The notes under the pieces: generated by a model
The model's database searches: none
Seen by the model: only the letters and a program-made list of their open reading frames with translations
Told to the model about the DNA's origin: nothing
Part shown: positions 56,566 to 64,000 of the stretch, piece by piece
How positions within the stretch are numbered: the stretch's first letter is position 1
Layout: every line of letters begins with the position of its first letter
Made by a program: the position numbers and the translations under genes
NCBI GenBank assembly: GCA_910577035.1
Contig: CAJTKW010000005.1
Span: 1,958-65,957, forward strand
Reading direction: 5' to 3'
Source of the DNA: an uncultured Acetatifactor sp.
GTDB taxonomy: Bacteria > Bacillota > Clostridia > Lachnospirales > Lachnospiraceae
Length of the DNA: 64,000 nucleotides

Positions 56566-58461
56566 ATGGATATTTCACTGAAAAAGAGGATCGGGAATCT
56601 CTTTGAGAACCTGTTCGTGGTAATTCTGGTGTTTTACCCTCTGCGGCATGTGCAATGGGGGCTGGATCTTGCGGATACGGGTTACAATTATGCCAATTAT
56701 ACTTACATGGGGACGGAACATATGGATCCCATGTGGCTGTTTTCCACCTGGCTGTCCAACGGGGTGGGCCACCTGCTTACAAGGCTGCCAAACGGCGGCA
56801 CGCTGGTGGGAATGAATCTCTATACAGGACTGTTTGTCAGCCTGTTGGCGGCGGCGGGATACCTGTTCTGTATTAAGAAGCTGGCAATCCGTCCCTGGGC
56901 GGCATTTCTGGGGGAGATGGCAGCGGTCAGCCTGTGCTGGTGTCCCACGGCACTTTTGTATAACTATATGAATTATGTATTGTTCCTGGGCTGCTTCATT
57001 TTATTGTACTGCGGTTTGACAAAGGATGACAGGAGATATTTGATTGCGGCAGGGATCTGCCTGGGGGCCAATGTGCTGGTGCGGTTTTCCAATCTGCCCC
57101 AGGCGGCCATGATACTGGCGGTGTGGTTTTACGATCTGGTATGGGCGAGGGAAGAGAAGAAGAACGGCGGTGCAGTGCAGGAGGGATTTTGGAAGAAATT
57201 ATTGCGGCATACGGGCTGGTGCCTGCTGGGATACCTGGCTGCATTGGCGGTATTGCTGGGCTATATCCATATCCGCTACGGTATCGGTGAATATGCGGCG
57301 GGGATTTCCAGGCTTTTTGCCATGACGGAAACGGCTACGGATTACAGGGCCGTGGATATGGTGCTCAATATGCTGCATGATTATACGGAGAACTTTTACT
57401 GGGTGATCCGCATGGGGGTCTTTTTAGCGGCCGGATCGGTGCTGGCCGTGGTAACGGGACTGATCGGAGGAACAGGAAGGGGGGCGGCGGTTCTCCGGCG
57501 CGGTCTGCAGGCGGTCTGCATCGGACTGGGTATCGCAATGGCAGGATGGCTTTATTACAGAGATGATGCAGGTCTGAGGGTTCCCTTCTGCACCCTGGAC
57601 TTTTGCGACTACGCTTCCATGTACAGGCCGGCGGTCCTGTTTCTGATGCTGGCCCTGTTCATTGGGGCAGTGCGGGTAATTCATCCCCGGAGCAGGAAAG
57701 AAGACAGGCTGGCGGGCAGTATGCTGCTCCTGGTGATCTTCCTGTCCGCTATCGGGAGTAATAACAGGCTTTATTCCAGCATCAACAATCTCTTCCTTGT
57801 GGCGCCTTATACGTTAGGGGCCTGCTGTGAATTCATCACAAAATGCAGGGATAAAAAGATAGCACATGTTACCATATCCCTGTTTCCGGCAAAGTGTATA
57901 TTGTCGGTCTTTCTGCTTCTGTGCTGCTTCCAGTTTGGGGGGTTTGGACTGAAATTTGTTTTTGCCGAATTTACCGGAGTGCGGGACATCAGCTCCGGAG
58001 TGGATAATAACGAGGTTTTGAAAAAGGTGAAAATGTCAGGGGAAAAAGCAGATTGGATGAGCTCTGTCAGTGCGTATATCAATGAAAACGGGCTCCGGGG
58101 GCAGGAGGTAATCCTGTACGGAACCCCTCTTTCCCTGTCGATTCCTTCGCTGTCTTATTACCTGCAGATGCCCGCGGCCTTTAATCCGTGGATTACTCTT
58201 ACCTCGTACGGTTATGAGGTGCTGGAGAAGGATATGGAGGAGCTGGACGGAAGGACGCCGGTGATTATATTTGAGAATGTGACGGCGCTGTACGAGGAAG
58301 GCGGTGTGGAAGCGCTGGTCAGGGCAGGAGTGAGTGAAGAAGAGATGGCGGCCGCTTCGGATGAAAAATTACAGCTGATATTGAATTTTATGGGGGAAAA
58401 TGATTATACACAGACCTTCCGCAGCGAAAAGTTTGCCATCTACCAGGCGCAGGAACGCTGA
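56566..58461 (+). CDS. Polytopic membrane protein, possibly GT-C glycosyltransferase-like
   Basis: Many TM segments; acidic first loop GLDLADTGY; C-terminal soluble domain. Confidence 0.55.
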   Translation: MDISLKKRIGNLFENLFVVILVFYPLRHVQWGLDLADTGYNYANYTYMGTEHMDPMWLFSTWLSNGVGHLLTRLPNGGTLVGMNLYTGLFVSLLAAAGYLFCIKKLAIRPWAAFLGEMAAVSLCWCPTALLYNYMNYVLFLGCFILLYCGLTKDDRRYLIAAGICLGANVLVRFSNLPQAAMILAVWFYDLVWAREEKKNGGAVQEGFWKKLLRHTGWCLLGYLAALAVLLGYIHIRYGIGEYAAGISRLFAMTETATDYRAVDMVLNMLHDYTENFYWVIRMGVFLAAGSVLAVVTGLIGGTGRGAAVLRRGLQAVCIGLGIAMAGWLYYRDDAGLRVPFCTLDFCDYASMYRPAVLFLMLALFIGAVRVIHPRSRKEDRLAGSMLLLVIFLSAIGSNNRLYSSINNLFLVAPYTLGACCEFITKCRDKKIAHVTISLFPAKCILSVFLLLCCFQFGGFGLKFVFAEFTGVRDISSGVDNNEVLKKVKMSGEKADWMSSVSAYINENGLRGQEVILYGTPLSLSIPSLSYYLQMPAAFNPWITLTSYGYEVLEKDMEELDGRTPVIIFENVTALYEEGGVEALVRAGVSEEEMAAASDEKLQLILNFMGENDYTQTFRSEKFAIYQAQER

Positions 58462-58488
58462 TGAAGTATGGCGGAAAAGGACTGCAGC

Positions 58489-59499
58489 TTATAAAAGCTG
58501 CAGTCCTTTTTTTTGCGCCTCCTTCATGACCTCTTCGGGCCACAGGGAGCATTGTACCTCGCCGATATGGGCTTTTCTCAGGAAGAACATACAGATACGG
58601 GACTGGCCGATGCCGCCGCCGATGGTAAAGGGAAGCTCGCCGTTTAAAACCGCCTTGTGAAAGGGAAGCTCTGCACGTTCGGGGCAGCCTGCCTTTTTCA
58701 ACTGTTCCAGAAGAGCCTTTTCGTCTACCCGGATTCCCATGCTGGACAACTCCAGGGCTATGTCCAGAACGGGATAATAGACGATAATGTCCGCATTCAG
58801 GGCCCAGTCGTCATAATCGGGAGCGCGTCCGTCGTGGGGTTCCCCGCTGTCCAGAAGGTCCCCGATCTGCATAATGCAGACGGCGCCCTTTGCCTTTGCG
58901 ATATAGTACTCCCGTTCCTTTGGCGTGTAGTCAGGGAACATTTCTTCCAGCTCGGAGGTAGTGATAAAGAAGATGTCGTGGGGAAGAATCTCTTCAATAT
59001 AGTCATAATGGATGGACATATATTTCTCTGTCTTGCGCAGGACCTTATATACAGTACGCACGGTGTCCTCCAGGGTTTCCAGGGAGCGCTCTTCCCTGGA
59101 GATAATCTTTTCCCAGTCCCATTGATCTACGTAGACGGAATGGATATTGTCCGTCTCCTCATCCCGCCGAATGGCGCTCATATCGGTATAGAGACCCTCA
59201 CCCGGGCCAAAGCCGTACTTTTTCAGGGCATAACGCTTCCATTTTGCCAGGGACTGTACGATTTCACCCTCTCTGCCGTCCTGGCACCTTATGTCAAAGG
59301 TGACGGGCCGTTCCACGCCGTTTAAGTTATCGTTCAGACCGGACTCCGGAGCTACGAACAGCGGGGCCGATACCCGCAGCAGGTGGAGGCGTTCCGCCAG
59401 CAGCGTCTGAAAGAAGTCCTTTACCATTTTAATGGCGATCTGGGTGTCATACAGGTTCAGCTCGGACCTGTAATTTGAAGGCAGTACAAAATTTTCCAT
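58489..59499 (-). CDS. asnA: Aspartate--ammonia ligase
   Basis: SLAKWKR, AIRRDE, VDQWDWEK, RAPDYDDW and GGGIGQSR motifs; start could be 59511. Confidence 0.96.
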   Translation of the reverse strand: MENFVLPSNYRSELNLYDTQIAIKMVKDFFQTLLAERLHLLRVSAPLFVAPESGLNDNLNGVERPVTFDIRCQDGREGEIVQSLAKWKRYALKKYGFGPGEGLYTDMSAIRRDEETDNIHSVYVDQWDWEKIISREERSLETLEDTVRTVYKVLRKTEKYMSIHYDYIEEILPHDIFFITTSELEEMFPDYTPKEREYYIAKAKGAVCIMQIGDLLDSGEPHDGRAPDYDDWALNADIIVYYPVLDIALELSSMGIRVDEKALLEQLKKAGCPERAELPFHKAVLNGELPFTIGGGIGQSRICMFFLRKAHIGEVQCSLWPEEVMKEAQKKGLQLL

Positions 59500-59606
59500 A
59501 GTATTAACCATCTTTCTATATGTAATATTCCTTATGTAGTATACCCGCATTGGCCCTCATTTGGCAACTACTTTTTACAGGACTGCTTATGACTTTGTCG
59601 GGCCGG

Positions 59607-61553
59607 TTATACGTTATCCATCCAAAAATCTTCCATATTGCCGCAGAATCCCGGTTCCTGGCAAAAGTGCTGATAAATTTCCCAGACCTCATCCTCCGAC
59701 TTTACATCTTCATAGAAGGTGACACCGGACAAATAACCTTCATAGGAAGGCTGGAAAGGGTCGCCGCCCAACAGAATCTGCCTGCAGGCCGGCAGGGAAG
59801 GGGCATCTGTCCGAAAGCCGGCCTTTCTGCCGTTTATGTAGGTGATCCCGATTTCCGTGAAATGGTCATAGGTTACGCATACGAATGTCCATATATCCTG
59901 AGGAATCTGCCGGGCAAGGGCGTCATGGAATCCGCTGATGTCCGTATCCTCGCTGATTCGGAAGATGCAGTAGCCCCCTGATACAAAAGGGGAAAAGGTA
60001 CAAAAGCCGCCCCGGTATCGTACATAAATGGAACTGGTCCAGCTGGTCTGTGTCAGAGGCTTAAGCCACATGCAGATAGTGTAGGAGGACTCGGCCAGAA
60101 TCGATGCCGGCAGCTCCACGACATTTTCCCGGAAGCCTCCTCCGGGGAAAAGAAGGGAACCCCAGTTGCTGCTGATCCCCTGGGAAAACTGAATATTCTG
60201 GCCGATAATCCGGCCGGTGTGTTTCCCGTCGGCGGAAGTAAGACTGCCGGAGAAAGGAAACTCCACCTTCTCGTTGCCCTGGGTAATTTTATCCTTTACA
60301 TAATCATAATAAGAAGAAACGGGAAGGGGGACGGAGTAATAGCTCCCGCTGATGGCGTTGCAGCCGCAGCCGCTTAAGAACCGGACATCTTCCTTGGTAT
60401 TGACGCCTTCGGCGATAATGGACATCTTTAATTCCCGCCCCATAGACAGCAGGGTCTTGATAATCTGGCGGCCTCTGCTGGATTCCAGTGCGTTATGCAG
60501 GTAATCAGGATCAAAGATAATGGAATCATATTGAAGCTTATCCCAGTAAATCAGGCTTTTGAAAGTGGAGCCGACTCCGATGATGGAGATACCGAAGCCC
60601 AGTTCCTTCAATTTTTTCAGGGTGGCCATCATGGTATCGCTTCCGCGGTCAAAGGATTTTTCGTCTATTTCCAGATCCAGCTCGGAAGGCGCAACGCCGC
60701 TTTCGCCGGAAAGCGCAGCAATCATTTGAGGAAACTCATTGTCCAGCAGCTGGAGTCTGGAAATTCTGAGGCCGATTTTTCCGTTCTGGCCTGTTTCCGA
60801 ATGGTATTTTTGCAAATGAGCCAGGGCATTTACCAGCATCCACCGGGAAAGCTGGCGTATAAACCCGTTTTTCTCAAAAAGAGGCAGAAAATCACCCTGC
60901 TCTCTTGTGATACCCCCCGGCATATTCCAGTAAAGCTTTATCTGGGACAATTTGAGCTTTGATGTCTGGGCACTGATCACAGGGAGGTAACGAATTTCGA
61001 ATTCTCCGTTTTCCAGTGCCGTTTCCTGCCGCTTCTGCATTTCTATCTCGGAAAAGACCTGTTCGGCAATGTCATTGAAAACAACATACCGGCCTTTCCC
61101 ATGATTCTTGGCGGAATACATTGCCACGTCACACTTTAGCAGCACGTCTTCCAAGACACCGTTGACGGTTTCCCGGTATAAAATGCCGATGCTGGCAGAC
61201 ACGGAGGTAGAGATATGGGAGAATCCCTCTTTCCCGGTTATCCGGTCAATTATGTCATTGGCAATGGAGCAAAGGTGCTCCCTTGCCTGCTCCCCCTGAA
61301 ATAATAGAACGAATTCGTCTCCGCCCAATCTGAAGATATGGGCGTCCGGCGCGCATTTATCCAGGATAAGCGCCACTGCTTTTAACAGGAAATCACCTTC
61401 GTTGTGTCCGTAGACGTCATTGACATTTTTAAAGTTGTCAATGTCCATAAACATAAAATGGCAAATACTTCCAAGGGGTATATTCTGGTAAAGGGTATAT
61501 AACTCCCCGCGCGTATACAGCCCGGTCAGATCATCGCATTTTTCGTCTTTCAT
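59607..61553 (-). CDS. GGDEF plus degenerate EAL plus LamG-like domain protein
   Basis: DIDNFK.VND.YGH, RLGGDEF; EAL-like fold lacking EAL and DDFG; C-terminal YTICMWLK, WTFVCVTY, YING, G.L.GV.FY. Confidence 0.82.
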   Translation of the reverse strand: MKDEKCDDLTGLYTRGELYTLYQNIPLGSICHFMFMDIDNFKNVNDVYGHNEGDFLLKAVALILDKCAPDAHIFRLGGDEFVLLFQGEQAREHLCSIANDIIDRITGKEGFSHISTSVSASIGILYRETVNGVLEDVLLKCDVAMYSAKNHGKGRYVVFNDIAEQVFSEIEMQKRQETALENGEFEIRYLPVISAQTSKLKLSQIKLYWNMPGGITREQGDFLPLFEKNGFIRQLSRWMLVNALAHLQKYHSETGQNGKIGLRISRLQLLDNEFPQMIAALSGESGVAPSELDLEIDEKSFDRGSDTMMATLKKLKELGFGISIIGVGSTFKSLIYWDKLQYDSIIFDPDYLHNALESSRGRQIIKTLLSMGRELKMSIIAEGVNTKEDVRFLSGCGCNAISGSYYSVPLPVSSYYDYVKDKITQGNEKVEFPFSGSLTSADGKHTGRIIGQNIQFSQGISSNWGSLLFPGGGFRENVVELPASILAESSYTICMWLKPLTQTSWTSSIYVRYRGGFCTFSPFVSGGYCIFRISEDTDISGFHDALARQIPQDIWTFVCVTYDHFTEIGITYINGRKAGFRTDAPSLPACRQILLGGDPFQPSYEGYLSGVTFYEDVKSEDEVWEIYQHFCQEPGFCGNMEDFWMDNV

Positions 61554-61665
61554 GGAGTAATCCTCTTTCACTGATTCTTTTTTCAACATAAAATGATAGC
61601 GGTCTACAGTTTTGGTCTCTATAAATTATTATAACGGAAAATGGAAAAAGGTCAATGAATTTTAC

Positions 61666-61713
61666 TTGCCAGGATAGAACGTATGTGCTATGATGAAAAA
61701 AGAACAAATGTTT
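61666..61713 (+). promoter_or_regulatory. sigma-A promoter with two LexA (Cheo)-like boxes
   Basis: TTGCCA-N17-TATGAT; GAACGTATGTGC at 61677-61688 and GAACAAATGTTT at 61702-61713. Confidence 0.75.
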
Positions 61714-61769
61714 GTCCCAAAAGCGGTATAACTGCCGTGAACCCGTTGCTTAAAGGAAGGATCTGCGCC

Positions 61770-63128
61770 ATGAATACCAAATTGGATTATCCCGGAAATA
61801 ATGTGTCCCTTATGGAAAAGCTGGGCATCCTCACGGATGCGGCCAAGTACGATGTGGCCTGCACCTCCAGCGGTGTGGAACGGAAGGGCACGGGGGACAG
61901 TATCGGCAATTGTGTTGCTGCCGGTATCTGCCATAGCTTCAGCAGCGACGGCAGATGTATATCCCTGCTTAAGATTTTACTCACCAACCAGTGCATTTAT
62001 GACTGTAAATATTGTCAGAACCGCTGTTCCAACGACATTCCCCGGGCGGCCTTTACCCCTGAGGAGATTTGTACCCTGACCATGGAATTTTACCGGAGAA
62101 ACTATATAGAAGGTCTTTTCCTGAGCTCCGGTGTTGTGAGAAACCCTTCTTTTACCATGGAGCTGATCTTTCGGACGATCAACCTTTTGCGCAATCAATA
62201 TCGCTTTAACGGTTATATCCATGTCAAGGCCATTCCGGGAGCGGATCCTCAGCTGATCCGGCAGACGGGATTCCTGGCGGACAGGATGAGCGTTAACCTG
62301 GAACTGCCTACTGCGGAAGGGCTGCGGAGCCTTGCACCCAATAAGAACAGAAAGACCATATTAACACCCATGCGCCAGATTCAAAACGGAATCCTGGAGA
62401 ATAAGAATGATCTGGTTTTGTACCGCAATGCACCCAGGTTTGTGGCAGGCGGGCAATCCACGCAGATGATTATAGGGGCTACCCCGGAAAATGACTTCCA
62501 TATCCTGAATGTGGCGGAGAGCCTGTATCAGAAATTCGGCCTGAAGCGGGTATTTTATTCGGCCTTTGTCAACGTGACAGGGGATAAAGCGCTTCCGGCA
62601 CTGCCGGGGGGCCCTCCCCTTCTCCGGGAGCACCGGCTTTATCAGGCGGACTGGCTGCTGCGGTTTTACGGCTTTAAGGCAGAGGAGCTGCTGGATGAAA
62701 AGCGTCCTTTTTTCAATGTGATGCTGGATCCGAAGGAGGATTGGGCGGTACGGCATCTGGAGCAGTTTCCGGTGGAGGTCAATACTGCACCTATGGAGAT
62801 GCTGCTGCGGGTTCCGGGGATCGGTGTCAAAAGCGCCAGGCGGATTGCAGCGGCGAGGCGCTGTAACAGCCTCTCTTTCGCGGATCTCAAGAAGATAGGT
62901 GTGGTACTGAAAAGAGCGGTATATTTTATCACCTGCGGCGGCAGGCTGATGTATCCGGTGAAACTGGACGAGGATTATATTGTCAGGAATCTCACGGACA
63001 GGAATGAGAGAATCCGCTTTGGCACGGACGGCATGTCCTACCGGCAGATGTCGCTCTTTGACGACGGCAGCTTTGCCGGTGAGCCGAAAGTACAGGAGAT
63101 TATGCAGACAGCGGTGGGGCAGCTGTAA
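61770..63128 (+). CDS. Putative DNA modification/repair radical SAM protein (TIGR03916-like)
   Basis: AAKYDVAC, CIYDCKYC, REHRLYQAD; HhH VPGIG. Confidence 0.92.
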   Translation: MNTKLDYPGNNVSLMEKLGILTDAAKYDVACTSSGVERKGTGDSIGNCVAAGICHSFSSDGRCISLLKILLTNQCIYDCKYCQNRCSNDIPRAAFTPEEICTLTMEFYRRNYIEGLFLSSGVVRNPSFTMELIFRTINLLRNQYRFNGYIHVKAIPGADPQLIRQTGFLADRMSVNLELPTAEGLRSLAPNKNRKTILTPMRQIQNGILENKNDLVLYRNAPRFVAGGQSTQMIIGATPENDFHILNVAESLYQKFGLKRVFYSAFVNVTGDKALPALPGGPPLLREHRLYQADWLLRFYGFKAEELLDEKRPFFNVMLDPKEDWAVRHLEQFPVEVNTAPMEMLLRVPGIGVKSARRIAAARRCNSLSFADLKKIGVVLKRAVYFITCGGRLMYPVKLDEDYIVRNLTDRNERIRFGTDGMSYRQMSLFDDGSFAGEPKVQEIMQTAVGQL

Positions 63129-63283
63129 AGGATGAGCAGCTGCGGGTAATGTGTCAGGTGTAAGAGGATGAGCAGCTGCGGGTAATGTGTCAGGTGTGGG
63201 AGGATGAGCAGCTGCGGGTAATGTGTCAGGTGTGAGAGGATGAGCAGCTGCGGGTAATGTGTCAGCTGTAAGAGGATGAGCAG
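63129..63283 (+). repeat. Intergenic 36-bp tandem repeat (four copies plus partial)
   Basis: aggatgagcagctgcgggtaatgtgtcaggtgt(aag/ggg/gag) starting at 63129, 63165, 63201, 63237 and 63273. Confidence 0.95.
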
Positions 63284-63306
63284 GATAGTTTGGAACGGAG
63301 GCAGAA

Positions 63307-64000
63307 ATGACGGTTTACAGATGTGACGATTCACTGGAGAGTATCTTTACGGCTATTTATCTTTCATATGAAGAGAACCGGAATGAGGAGGATACCTGTC
63401 TGGCATTGGATGATGATCCGGTACTTTTTGCGGAGGATGTGCAGGTGCAGCCGGATCCGGCCAGGGCGGTAAAGGTGATGCGCACGCTGGAGCGGCGGTT
63501 TGGGGAAGAGGACTATATGACCGTCTGCAGGGCGCTTGCTTCCACAGAGCGCAGGAAAGCGCAGGCGGTCTACAGGACGGTGGTAAAGGGGCTGGATACC
63601 AGATGTGCCAGGGGGCATCTGTTTGACGATCTGACTGACCCATATGTGATGGAGGCCTTTTCCCTGGCCAGGCTGTCAAATCGGGAGATCGGGCACCTGA
63701 TAGAGTTCCTGCGGTTTCAGGAGCTGGAGAACGGTATCCTGTATGCCAAGATCGGGCCGAAATGCAATGCCCTTACCTTTTTGATGCCCCATTTTGCAGA
63801 CAGGCTGCCGATTGAGAACTTTGTCATACATGACAGCACAAGGAATATCTTTGGGATACATCCGGCAAGGCGGCAGTGGTATCTCTACACGGGCCGGGAC
63901 GGGGAAGAGCCCACATTGCGGCTTTCCGAGGAGGAAGTGCAGTATCAGGAGCTGTTCCGCCATTTTTGCAGGACGATTGCCATCAAGGAACGGGAAAACA
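63307..64000 (+). CDS. DUF4130/TIGR03915-like putative DNA repair protein (runs off the window)
   Basis: Hand translation MTVYRCDDSLESIFTAIY...HLIEFLRFQELENG...PHFADRLP.ENFVIHD; GGAGG RBS; absent from the ORF track because there is no stop. Confidence 0.88.
   Translation, partial: MTVYRCDDSLESIFTAIYLSYEENRNEEDTCLALDDDPVLFAEDVQVQPDPARAVKVMRTLERRFGEEDYMTVCRALASTERRKAQAVYRTVVKGLDTRCARGHLFDDLTDPYVMEAFSLARLSNREIGHLIEFLRFQELENGILYAKIGPKCNALTFLMPHFADRLPIENFVIHDSTRNIFGIHPARRQWYLYTGRDGEEPTLRLSEEEVQYQELFRHFCRTIAIKEREN

Noticed and set aside
63129..63283. CRISPR array (36-bp repeats)
   Set aside because: Units are head-to-tail with no unique spacers, and there are no cas genes in the window

Overview
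This is a chromosomal window from a GC-rich Firmicute; gene content and style suggest Lachnospiraceae/Clostridia (inference). It holds about 45 CDS, mostly housekeeping: tyrS, addB/addA, thiT, mraY, greA, gltB/gltD, asnA, a GH2 beta-galactosidase, and envelope-stress and two-component loci. Cis elements readable in the sequence are a Tyr T-box, a TPP riboswitch, two LexA-like boxes, a GlnR/TnrA-type box, OmpR-type direct repeats and several sigma-A promoters. I found no rRNA, tRNA, CRISPR array, prophage or intact IS. The best leads are: (1) an EF-G/TetM-like GTPase fused to a YacP/Rae1-type NYN RNase, directly behind an uncharacterised HhH glycosylase-like gene; (2) an ABC-F ATPase with an apparent leader-peptide attenuator; (3) an Rpn nuclease with a switch-like leader and a heptad-repeat tail; (4) a GGDEF/degenerate-EAL/LamG protein; (5) an AT-richer 2.1 kb relic island splitting addB from addA; (6) a radical SAM/DUF4130 operon with SOS boxes and a 36-bp tandem array; (7) an atypical transcarbamylase and an unusual EPxTG sorting tail. 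Family calls come from motif recognition only; no searches were run, so novelty is unverified.
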